Assembly (NCBI GenBank): GCA_046563655.1
Contig: CM102290.1
Span: forward strand, 3,286,001 to 3,350,000
DNA from: Yuukianura sp. NJ FZ-2021
Taxonomy: Eukaryota
DNA: 64,000 nt
Direction of reading: 5' to 3'
Shown here: positions 39,265-51,700 of the stretch, piece by piece
Numbering within the stretch: position 1 is the stretch's first letter
Layout: every line of letters begins with the position of its first letter
Program-made: the position numbers and the translations under genes
Notes under the pieces: generated by a model
Databases searched by the model: none
Told to the model about the DNA's origin: nothing
The model's input: only the letters and a program-made list of their open reading frames with translations

Positions 39265-42200
39265 ATGGCGACTTGTTTTGAATTTCTAGTCCAAATGACA
39301 ATTACATTTCTCCTACTACCAAGTCTTTCTGACTCCAAAAATTCCAGTGGTGTTTGGATTTTGAATTTGCGGCAGTCGGAAGTGATCTCAGTACTTCCGG
39401 ATGGACACATCCGCAGTTCCAGCTCAGATCCTACACTATACAGTAAGTTTTCAAAAAAGTTTTGACGAAAAAAAAAAAACTTCCAAAAACTTATTTTATT
39501 CGAAATTATTTCATTATCATTTCAATTTGAGCGAAAAGTTGTTGAGACGATTCCGTACAGTCAATCAATTTGCAACAACTGCGACGGCTTTTCATAATTT
39601 TCGGTGAAAAGGTAAAAGTTTGTATGACAAAGTATATTTTAAAAAAAAATTCTGTTTAATACATTAAGTTTTCAAAAACTTCGAAAATAAAAAATGGTCG
39701 AAGAACGGTAGAAATTTAGTTTAGGTTCCTAATTTAACTGCGTCTTTTTTGTGCTTCTCTTTAAACAGAAACATACAAACATTTTCAGATAGAGTTCAAT
39801 TTTTCAAAAATTTTTGTTTCATTGTCAATTTTTTTTGAATCCATTCCGGAAGTTTTTCTCGGATATCAAGTCCATTGGAATATGAGCTGATGCTTTCAGA
39901 CAGAAGGACAGAGACTAATGTGTGGTTTTCCTTTGTTGAAGGAGGCCCCTTCAAGGGCCCCCAACCCTGCCCCTTAAAAAGTTCACATGTCAACTTTTTA
40001 AGGGAAGTCATTGGGTTTCCCTTTTTCATTTTTTGTGAAAAAAAAACTGGAAATCATCCATCACTCTCAGTTTTGTCAGACATTGTAAATTATTTGAAGT
40101 TTTGGCACAAAAATTTGCACAAAATCTTTTGAGTTGAGCATGCGCATAACTTTTGACGCCTCCAATCCGAAACATGTGCAAATTTCATTGAGGTTTGAGC
40201 ACTCGCCGATATTGTGCAGATGAATCAGCATCTCGTCACATTATGTGTTATCAGTTTATCAATTGGTTTCTTAAGCATCTCTCCAGCATCTTTGGTCCAT
40301 GTCAATTCTTCTGTCTCTTTGGAAAATGATTCAGTTGCTTACGCTTTGTCTAATGAAAAAAAGTGTTGTTCTTAGCAAGACTCACAGAATGTTTAGCTGA
40401 GCAACTTAATCTAAATGGCTTTAAATTTTCTTTTTTTGCCTAGGTTTGTTCCGAGTGCAAACGTACAGGAAAGGAGTGCTAAACCCACTGACTTTCACAC
40501 TCGAATCCATGGCAACCAACACCTTCATTTGCATGGACAACAAAGGAAATCTGGTGACAAAAGTAAGTTAACCTTAAAAAGTTAAGCCTACCTTCAAAAA
40601 AGTTAAGTCAGTTAACGTTAAATAAGTTAGTTAAAGTTTAAAGTAGTAAAGCTTTAACTTGGAAAGTTAGTGTATCATACGAAATAGCTGTTTACATCAC
40701 ACTACCATGAAAGGAAAACTTATAATCTTGTGGCATGATGGACATATTGACATGATTAATAAAGAGGTGGTTCAACAGGTTATGGCTATGGTTAGGGTAG
40801 GTCTGCTTTACGTGTTTTAACTTAACAATAACAAGTTACGTCAAGAAATGTGAAAAGTTACAAAAAAAAAAAAACGTGAACTGAAAAGATCTAAAAATAT
40901 GAAAGCGTTGAAATGTTCTACTGGTTGCTTTCACCCTCTCCCCCTGAAAACCTGATTGATTTGTTTTCCAACTCCGAGAAAGCTTTTACCCTAACCACAG
41001 AGAACTTTGAGCACCGTTTGTTTCAAATTTTGTTCCATTTTTTTTTTTCAAAAAAGTGCTAAAACATGAAATTTTGAAAACATTCTGGGAATAACTGTTC
41101 ATTCCGTATGTTTATGGTCACTCCCTAATTCACTCCTTAATTCCACCCTGCCAAGATGCACATTAATGTGCATGTATTAAGCTAAAGTGCAATCTTGCAA
41201 GGCAACCGAGGCGTCGATGTATGACGGTCTCTCTTCACCCAAAGGTGTAAAAGTGAAGCTGGGTGTTGATTAATTTCGTAATATTTTCAATTTACTCGGA
41301 AAGTCGGAGAGTGCCAATGCCAAATGAAGTCGGGGATGTGAAATTTGATGCAATTTTGAGGAAAAGAATACAATGTTTGGTAGTACTGAATTTCATGAGG
41401 GTAATAAAGCATTAGAGCATAGTGCACCACCTACGCCTTCCGTCAAGAGTCAGAACTGGACACATCCAAAAGAGCGACCTACACACTGGTACTTCAATTT
41501 TGAAACACAATGGTCATTATCCCCTCCTCCTTTGCTTCTGCGCAGGGTTCATCTTATTGCAGATTACTAAACAAAATCCATCTTGTCAAATTCCGTTGTC
41601 AACATGAGGCAGGGTTACACGGTGTCCATGGCACGAACAAACCGCCGCGGTCTGGTTAGTTTTTTGGATGCTAAGATTATGGCATGGACTCAGGGCTCAT
41701 AGTTCGTCATATAGATTTAGCGATGAATTGACACAAGCAGTGTTGGTGGATATCCACTTTTTCAGCATTTCGTCCAGGATATATCCACTGGATAAATGGA
41801 TAAATCCGGATAAAATCCCGTTTCCGATATATCCAAAACCGAAACCAAAAAAATCCGGATATATCCACCACTTTCGAGGGGTGGAAGAAATATTTTATCC
41901 ATCCACCAACACTGGACACAAAGATTCCAACATAAGCAGTGTTGCCGAATGGATAAAATATTTCTTCCACCTATGTCAAATCGGGTGGAAGTATCCGGAA
42001 GTATCCATTTTAACCAGCCATTTCTTCCGGATAAAACCGGGTGAAATAAATTATCTGCTGGATATCCACCGGGCGAGAGGTCAAAAAAGTGGATATCCAG
42101 CAACACTGAACATAAGAGTGAAAGTTGAACTGCTTTGGTAATTTTTCACAAAAAAAAAGAACAGGAATTTTTAGACATACTTTTTACAAAATTTGAAATT

Positions 42201-42819
42201 AATGTTGGTCAACACTTTTTTTCAGGCCAGAATAACTGAACCTAGTTTGCCCGGAAGGAAACAGAAACGAAGTCCACCGTCTAACCAGTGTATCTTTCGT
42301 CAATGGAATTTTGAAAAGAACGACTGGAATCAAATGATTGGAATCTACATGGACGCTCCAAAGTCCAATGGCACCAAAGGCTTGTTCATGGCCTTTGACA
42401 AGCAAGGTCAACCAATCAGGTTCAGGCGGCGGTTCTCCAAACTCCGAAAGTCCCTAAGCATTCTCATCCGAATGCAAAAGCCAAAGAGTCTCCGGCAAAT
42501 GATTCGCAGAACCCGGTTTCATCGATGTGATGGGCTCAAGGGATCCAAGAATTTCAATCGATCCGTTCGTCGCTGCCTTGAAGCCGATCCAGACCTCGTT
42601 CTGCCAAGTAAAGTCCATCGGAAAAACGTGTTGAAATTGATTCAAAGATGTCAGAAGGAGGTAGAACGCAAGTTCTGTTCCAAGAAAAACCCAAATCATA
42701 CAAAAAACAGTCCGAGCAGATCAAAAGGTCACGAGGAGTCTACACAAGAGCATCTCACAAGTAAGGGCGCAAGGGAGGAACTGGACAGCAGCGAACCTTG
42801 TCACTGTCATCAGCAGTAA
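39265..42819 (+). CDS. Fibroblast growth factor ligand, probably FGF8/17/18-like; exons 39265-39442, 40444-40562, 42226-42819
   Basis: Phase-consistent splicing gives a hydrophobic N-terminus plus VISVLPDGHIRSSSSDPTLY|SLFRVQ..LESMATNTFICMDNKGNLVTK|..CIFRQ..LFMAFDKQGQP, matching FGF beta-trefoil motifs and canonical FGF intron positions. Confidence 0.8.
41738..41914. mobile_element. hAT-type MITE copy 1 (177 bp)
   Basis: TIRs cagtgttggtggat / atccaccaacactg; 8-bp TSD gacacaag / gacacaaa (7/8). Confidence 0.85.
41937..42108. mobile_element. hAT-type MITE copy 2 (172 bp), inverted relative to copy 1
   Basis: TIRs cagtgttgc / gcaacactg; perfect 8-bp TSD aacataag at 41929-41936 and 42109-42116. 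Confidence 0.88.
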
Positions 42820-44420
42820 CGGGAGCTTTTTTTTTGCAAAAAGATGCAAGAGGCCAGTAGGTCAGCGGTTACCTCAAGGCGACGATTCCAAATTACGTCA
42901 ACACCAAATCCACCCCTAAAATGTCACCATTTCCACCCCTCCCCATCAAAATATCACAATTTCCACCCCCGTACTAGCCTCGCCGTTACAGTTTTCCTGT
43001 TTACGTAATTTGTGAACGTTAAACAAAGCCTCATTTTTCTCTTCCGGAAGCCTCCTCACTAGGTTTTACACTTTAAGCATAACTTAAATTTTTTTAAGGA
43101 AACTCGAACTTTAATGATATTCTTGTTGGTAAATTTAATTATAATTAACCTAAATTATAATTGTAACTGGGATATAGTAGTAACTAGGAATAATAACACA
43201 CACACAGTTGCGTTCCTTATTTTTGTATGTCCGCGGTGCTACAAAGACGAACACAAACAATTGAAAAAGTTAAATCCAGTTTTAAAGTCCAATTTGGAAC
43301 AAAAAAGGAACTTTTTCTCAAAAATTAGTTTTCAGATCAATTTTGCCGTTAACCTAACCTTGTTCCTCATCCGCAGCTTGCTTTTCGCCTGTAATTTTAT
43401 GGTAGTATCCTTGATGTCATAAGTGTCTGAAAATATATCAAAATTTAAATTATCAAACAAACTGTATACCTTGAAAATTATTCGTACAATAAAATAATTT
43501 TTCAAATTTTCTTACCTTGAAAAACGTAAGTCATGTTGATGTATTTAGGTAAACTTTAAAATTGCAACTTTAAAATTGCGAATAAACCAGAAAATTTGTC
43601 ACCACAATCTGCGGAAAGAAAAAAGTTTGGAGTTTTTACAAGCATTTCTAATGCGTTTCATTTTTTTCCCCTTCTGTTTATGAAATATATGACAAAGGTC
43701 AAAGGTCACTCTAGAAAAACAAGCCCGAAGTTAACACTAATGGTTTCCTTTATTTCTCTGCTAAATACTAAAATCGTAATTATATTGTTGTGGTACATTT
43801 GGATGGAATCGTTTCAACTTGGAATATAACATGGCGTCTTTTCTTAATATGAATTTATAACTAAGAATGTGTTTAGAGACGACCTTGAATCTTGTTTGAA
43901 GATCAGACTCACTCAAAACTGCAACTTTCATAAGTTGCAATTTTTCTAAAACAAATTCAAAGCTTAAGACACTCTTTTTTTTTGTTTTAAAGAGATCGTC
44001 TACAAATTAATTCTAATTGATAAGTACTATTCACTTGTACTAGTAATGGATGCATGTTTTTAGTGCACAAAAACAACCACTCTCACTCCACTTATTCCTC
44101 TCTCGATATAACTTGACACTGGAACGATTAAATCTCAAATTAAACAATTGTACTAACACAGCATTTTTCCTCAACTTCTGCACCAAGACTATCAGGAGTG
44201 CTCAATTTGTACTAAAAATGAACTTCGCGTCATCCCTTCCTCTTAACATTGTCAATTGTAATTAGAAACGTTTGAAATTAAATTGATTTTTGTGTTGATA
44301 GATTATAGTGTTGATTTTTAGCTGAGAAAACAAAATTGTTGGTGAATCCTTCTAACAGTAAAAGTGGTGAGCGATTATGATGGCAAGTGGCAAAAAACAA
44401 TGAAGATTGAGTGTCCAATT

Positions 44421-47400
44421 TCAGAGTGGCGTACTTCTGGCGTTGAGATTTCCTTTCAAGTCTAGTGCCAATTTATAGCCCAATTCCACTGGTCGATCCA
44501 GTCCTTGCACTAAGGCTTCCACCTAAAAATTTGAAAAAGGAAAACAGAATTTGAAATTTTGAAAAGACAAATAAAAATTTGAAAACTATTTTCATTTTGT
44601 TTACTCGATCCGTGGTGATGACAAGTCCATGTTGACGACGAATGCTCTCTCGGGTGGCATCCATATCATCAAAGTCAATCCCGCGAGACGCATCTTCAAT
44701 CAGAATTGTTCGAAATCCAAGTTCAGAAGAGTGCAGAGATGTAGCACCTAAAACAAACAAACAAAAATGACTCAAAAACTTTTGTAACAAAAAACAACAT
44801 TTTTCTTTTCACAAAGTGCCACCCAAAAATGTCTTAAAAGTGAATATTTCATTTTTTACAGTGGTGATTTCATAAAAACTGACAGTAAAATGTCATAAAA
44901 CAGAACATTGTTAAGGTTTGGAAAAAACAAAGTCAGAAGGAAAGTTGAGTGAACAAATAATTTAATTCACTCCTCAATCAACTCATTAATTTCCGCCTAA
45001 ACACTTCACCTTTTCTTCCGCCCTTCTTTTTTACATTCTGCAATATTGCAAAATGCAGACGAAAAAGTAAGCAGTAAGTAACCAAATACATGAAAAGTGT
45101 AAGCTCAAACAATTGTGACAACCGTTTAAGTCTCGACTGGTGGGTGTAATTTATTTGAAAGAAACCTCATCTTCAGAAGTGCTCTTTTCAGTTTTCTGGA
45201 CGCTTCCTCATATTCATTTCTTACTTCAAAATGGAAATCTTAAACCATTTTCAACGAAATTGCACAATCCATAACTCTCGGCTGAGGCAATTTAAGCCTT
45301 TGTTCCTCTCATCAAGAAGACAAGAAGTGAATTAGTTATGAACGTCATTCATGTCACACGAGTGCTAAAAACTAATAGGAGGTGCCATTTAGAATTTGTT
45401 CAGACGTAGTTAAAACTTACCCACGCAGACGTCATAAGCTAGGCCACAAATAAAGACGTCTGTCACGTCCTTTGAGCTCAGTTCCGAAAATAGTGAAGTG
45501 GCTGCCAGTTTAGAGTTGTCCCAAAATGCTGAGTATGAGTCCACTTCCGGATTCGTTCCTTTGTAAATAAATGGACTTCCTTCGACAACCTATACAAACA
45601 AATTTCCACTCAATCAATTCGCCAAACATTAAACTTTATGGACAAAAGCATTTTCATCATTAATTTTTTTTTCAAAATTTAATTTGATTTGATTGAATCA
45701 AAAATATTGTCTAACCCGCAAGTTTTCATGCAACTTTGCCCCCCATGAATTTTGGACACAGTGACGAGGCCACAGTTTTTGTTGAATTGGCGGATTTCCG
45801 TCAAATACGACAGTGTCGTAAACCTTGGCGTCACTTGCCTTCAGTATCTAAAATTTCAAAAGCAAAATGTAAATTTTTCTGGTATTGTTTCCTCCCATGT
45901 TTAGTTATAGTGGAAGAACAATTAAGTCACGTTGAACAAGACAAGACGACTTAATTGTGTTTGTAGCATGTTCAAAACACATTAACCTTACTTGACTAGA
46001 TGCATGGATAGGTCGGCGTGGAAGGTTGTCGATAAATGAGACGTGATTCTCAGGGTGCCAGTCCAGAGAGTAGAAGACACAGTCAAAATGAACTGAATCC
46101 AGTAATCGATTGATGGGTTCCACAACCTAGACAATTAAAACATTAAAACAGGGTTCCAACAGTGCATCTTCCACAAACAGGATTCCTTTTAGCCTAATGA
46201 ATTTCCTTACCTCTTCTCCATGTTGATTTGCAGGGCAATTGGAAATTGCAAGCGACCCGTTGATAAAGTCATTTTGAACGTCTACAATTACAAGGGCAGT
46301 AATTGGACGTACGATCTAAAAAAAAGTTTAGTAGAAAAAACGATTAATGTGGAGTTGGTAAAGGTCAAACGTCTAACGCGTGTGGAGTTCCTTTGTGCTG
46401 TTGACTACAATGAGCCTTACAATAATGTTAAATCGGAAATCGGAAAAAGTCATTAGCCATTAATTGTACATTCTCCATTGTACGTGTATTATTTTTTTCA
46501 GGTCACGAAGGCAGCTTGACATTTAGATTGACCCTGATTCTTTTTACATTCTTTGGTTTAGAAAAACTAAAGTAATGACAGTCAAAGTGGCCATAAAGGC
46601 TACACGGAAAGTGGAGAGCCATCAGTGACATGATAGCGTGGTACTTTCACCTTTCCTGTTCTAAATATCAACCCATTATTTGTGGCATACTACTGAAAAA
46701 ACTTGACTTTGGATTTCTTTTTTAGACAATTCATGTCGCAGTAAGCAATTACTCTTAAGAAGTTCTGGAAGTGCAGGAAAAGGGAAAGTTCAGAAAATAT
46801 TTGAAAGTGGTGGATGTCATGCTCATAAGAACAACATGGCTGGAGAGCTGTTCCAAATGTCTTGGGGTCAGCAGTACGATAATAAATGGTGGTTTTTAGG
46901 ACTAGTATGTGCTTGCAAGTAATGTTAGACTGTTACTTTAGAACGTAGTACTCACTCCAAGGGTCCAAGTCAATTCCAACTGTGAACTCTTTACATTTTG
47001 GGAATTAATCAATGTAGAGTACCAGGAACCAAAGGGAGTCACACAGTTGCTTTCACCAAGTTCCGGAATAAAGAAAGTCTACAGACTAACAGAGAGCATG
47101 CTGAGCTGGAAAGTCTAACATAACCGGTATACCCCAACACTTCAAGTCGACGACAAGCATGTAAGAAGTTCAAGGAAGTATTGTCCACCACCACCAGTAC
47201 AATACAACTTGTTCCAATTAGTTCTCACACGGTTCTAATAATGCTTTTGTCAAAAATACGTGGGAACCCACCCACAGGGAAGCATATTTTCTTAACTTTC
47301 GTTCAAAGAGCCTAAAAATAGGCCAGTAGTCATTAAAACTTATTGGATCTTGAACAGCGAGCACTTAAGTCATACCCCGGGGCTATTCTTAGCAAAGACA

Positions 47401-48133
47401 GTAAAATTCTAAGGAATTAGCACTTTATGTGAGTCATACAACTATCTTTTAGCAAGAATTGCAGCGGTAAACACTTTACGATGCAAATCCGTCCTTTCCT
47501 TTACAAGACTTCAAAATGCTGTTAAAATTACCTTCAGGATCCACTTGTTCCAGCACTGCTCAAATTCTGTTGCATCTAGTACTCCATCCTAACAAAAAAA
47601 TTACCATAAACGTCAGTAAAAAACATGGGATTGCATAAGATGAATGCAAAATTTTCATGAGACGCTTGCGTGTGTGTCACTGACTCTATTGGTATCAAAA
47701 GTATCAAATAGGTCCTGCACGATCTCTTCAGCAATGTGATATGGCTCATTGGAAGCGTCACGGAAGATTGCTCCACACAGTAGTTTAAATTCTTCGTAAT
47801 TAAGGCCTTCGGTACTAAAAAGACAGTGGAAAATCCGGATTTATGATAGGATCGACAGGTATTTGATTAGATATCCCAAAGGTCAACTGTAGGATAAAGT
47901 TCAATTTGTATCTAAAAAGTTGACACTCACCTGTCTTTCCCAAACGTTTCAAGGCATAATGTCATTGACGGAAGCGATTTAGATGGAATGAAGAAATCTT
48001 GGAATTGAGAAGTGTTGTCTAGATCAGAGTTTCCAGTATCGTTTGTCGTCTTTTTCACCGGCATGTCGTTGGCTCCTGTCTGCTTCGTTTGCCGGTTCAT
48101 CGTCGATGGTCCGTTGGGAATGCGTTCTGCCAT
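44421..48133 (-). CDS. Naam: Nicotinamidase (isochorismatase family) with N-terminal EF-hand region, multi-exon; start codon tentative
   Basis: EF loop DTNRDGVLDATE, then CWNKWILK|IVRPITALVIVDVQNDFINGSL, YSLDWHPENHVSF, LWPRHCVQ, KGTNPEVDSYSAFWDN, CGLAYDVCV, IEDASRG; stop TGA at 44421-44423. Confidence 0.92.
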
Positions 48134-48712
48134 GGCCAACCGTGACCACTTAAGGTCATGGACACCTTAGGAAATTACGTTTTACGACAAGTGACGAACA
48201 CCAGCTGACAGATACTTCTTAGAAACCAAGTGACTATTTAGTTCAGGATCTTTCCAAACGGGAATGCGCAGCCAGTCGGTTCCCTTTGCTCCTCTCCCTT
48301 CCACGGTCTCCACAACTCTCAACTGATCTCTTCCAGAATTCATCTGTTTTGTCTTTCTAAACACGCCAAGCACCTTTACCAACACTCGGCGCATATTGGG
48401 CTAACCTAAGTCAATCGACTAGCTGGAACTAACTCCAATACTAAGCTTATGCTTTGGCGGGCGACGTAAGCTGCTAAACCAAGACCGCAAACAAAGAGAG
48501 TTAAAAAATTTCAAGAGTACGCGCCTTGGCCACAAAACAAAATGTTGAAGTTTCTCATGTACACCAAGAAAGAATTCCTTAAAAATGAAAAAGCAAAGTT
48601 AAACCAACAATGGTAAGCTAACAATTTATTTTAAGGAACCTTGAACGAAATATTATGTACTGTAGGTGTAACGAAGTCTTATGAGTTTCATTTGTTCAGA
48701 TCCGGAGTCTAT

Positions 48713-51700
48713 TCAAGCTAAAGAAAGTCCTTTGATGTCAGCGGCAGTAAGGGAAGCTGACGAAATTTTGGCAACCAGTTTCCGAAAAGCTGCCAATTTG
48801 TTCGTAGTTGTCTCCAAGTCCTTTGCTTTCTGATGAGCCAAACGAATTACATCATCCGGGATGCCAGCCAACTACATCCAGAAAGGTACGATTGAAAAAC
48901 GTTTTTGTTTGTTATATAAATCTACTGTCTCTCTTTACCTTTGCGGCGTTAAATCCATAGGACTTTCCACAGGGCCCGGAACTGAGTTTGTACAGAAATG
49001 TGATTGTTTCCTGCGTTGGATCATCGCCGTCTTCAGTTTCTCGTTCAACCATGCATGCCTAAACAGTAAATAAGAATACGTTGGATAAATGGATAATACT
49101 GCCAACTTTTCACACGGTCTAGCCGTGCCAATTTCGATCATACCATGTGTCCCACTTGAATCGACGGTTTGTTTTGAAGGGCTGAAACTAGGGTGTGATA
49201 GTGCGTTGAAAAAATCGTGCGGCAACCTCGTTGAGACAAAGCTTGTGCTACTGCATAAGCGATAGCGTTTCCATCATATGTCGCCGTTCCTAAGAAAACA
49301 AAACCAAAAACGCTCTTCAGTTGGGAAACATTTTCAACGCAGCAAGAATTTCACAAAATAAAAACATACCACGTCCCAACTCGTCCATGAGAATCAAAGA
49401 TGATTTCGTTGAGTGCTGAAGAATGGCCGAAGTCTCACTCAACTCCACGTAAAAAGTGCTTTCTCCCTCAGCAATGTTATCTGAAGCTCCAATTCTGGTG
49501 AACACACGATCAACTACACTCATGACGCAAGACGTTGCAGGAACGTAGCAACCCTAGAGGAACAAATTTCAGTCTGTCAAGAAGTTCAGGATAATATTGC
49601 ATGAACATGCATTGTAAAGCCCTTACCATATGAGCCAAAATTATAATCAGCCCGGTCTGTTTCATAATTGTTGACTTTCCGCCCATATTGGCTCCAGTGA
49701 GAAGCAGAAACGAGCCTTTTCCTTCGATGTGTTCTTCGGCGGATGAACCAAGGTCAACACTGTTAGGAATGTACTTGGACTGATCTAAACATGGATGACG
49801 GCCATCCACAATGTTGACGAAAGGAGCACCGGACAGCACAACTTCGGGACGACACATGTCGGGTTGATTTTTGGAAAACTTTGCCAAACTAATCAGTGCG
49901 TCCAGCGTACTTAAGCATTTGACAGCCTTACTCCAAACCTCACGACTGATTAAAAAAACTTTTAGAAATTGCCGTGGAAGTCTCAATTTACAGTATTCGT
50001 GTATTGTAAAAGGTTTACCTGTCATCAAATTGAGCAAAAACACGACGGGTGATGTCCTTCACGACATTTTCCCGGTGAAGCTCTGCAGCAGTTAATTTTG
50101 CCAACAAATTCTAAAAAGTGAAGCCAACAAATTATTTAAGATTAGAAAAGCTTAGTAATTTCGAAATTTCGAACGTAATTTCAAAAACTTACTTTGGTTT
50201 CTGTAGTGGTATAACGTCTGAATCCTTTCCTGGTCGATGACAAGTCAAAATCCTTTCCAACTGAAACGTTTTCTGGTACTTCCAGTTGAAATCGCTTCTT
50301 GTCGCTTCCGAAGTAACAAATTTTAGGAGCCCGCAACATTTTCTGAATTGAGCGTAAGTATTCATTTGCTTCGCCCTGGATTTTCGTAATTGCCTCAAAA
50401 GCGTCATCGTAGTCTTTCACTTTTCCAGGCACTGGCTTAATACTTCCAGCTTCTATGGCAGCATTGTGGTCAAACGCTTCCTAAAAGCAAGACATAAATA
50501 TAAATCAATTTTGGATTTCCAAGATGTATCAAATGCTTATGAAAACCTACGTCAAAATATCGGAGTAGTTCATCCAAGTCCGGAAACTCCGAGATAATAG
50601 AAGATAGTAGCTCGGAATTTAATTCGACATTCGAATCTGAAAAAAAAAATTTCGTTATTCACTTTCCGTTACGTTTTGAACTACTAATGTACAAAAAACA
50701 AAACCAACTGTTACCTTTGATGGTGTTGATAATGTCAACAGTAGTCTTGAAACTTTTCAATACGCACACCAAATCCACAATTTTCCTTTTCGAATATTTT
50801 TTCTCCTCGAAGAACGAAGCTCTGGAATCTGGATGCTCCTGACTTCGATGTGCACTTCCAAAGGTGTGAATCCTGTAAACATTTAGCAAGGATGCTGAAA
50901 CATGCACAATACTAACCAACAGCATTATAATTGTTTTAGTTTTAGCTCAATTTTGGATTACTTTCCAAGCAGTCGCTCCAGATCCAGCAACGTCTTCATT
51001 TGAGATGTGACTTTCTTCGTCAGCTCACTGAGACCCATTAACTCTTCAACAGCGTCTTGTCGCATCTTGATATCCTTAATATTTGCAAGTGGAACACAAG
51101 TCCAGTATCGTAGTAAACGCTTCCCAAAACTTGTGGAGCAGTTGTCCAAAAGTGACAGTAAGGACTTCGATCCTTCTGTCACTTCTAAATGCTTCAATGT
51201 ACTTCCATCAAGAACCTTAGAAGAGAAAACAACGGTTATTGCCATATCAGTCATTTATGTTAGCATAACAAGTTGCCAACACTCACCATAAACTTTGATG
51301 TCCCCGGTGGGGTTCCAAGGTCAACCTGACACTTTTCTGTGGCATCCAACGGAGAATAAGTAGCAAATCTTCGGAGTGTCAAAATGTCATGTTCAACCAG
51401 ACAACTACTCAGGTATGAAACAACAGCACCCAAGCACTTCAATCCCAAATCCCAGCCCTCGGCTGGAGTGAGACCCAAACTGTCACCTAACAAATACAAA
51501 AACAATTAATTGCTGTGAATTAAGTTTTTAAAGAGGATGAACTTTGGTCTAACTCTTGGAGAGAAGATCACGCAGCGGTTCGGGCCATTCGATGGATCCA
51601 GTCTCGCGGTTCTTGAAATAGTCTCGTTCAGCCAGAACTTTAAGAATTTTTTGACAACTCCAGAATTCAGTTTCAGGTACCAACGCATCTTTTCGAACTC

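Noticed and set aside
41668..42141. ORFs of 157, 87 and 114 aa on both strands
   Set aside because: They coincide with the paired MITEs in the FGF intron and show no transposase motifs.
49670..49702. MSH6 Walker A reads [10 protein letters not shown] rather than TGPNMGGKST
   Set aside because: The catalytic GKST is intact and one substitution gives no evidence of lost function.
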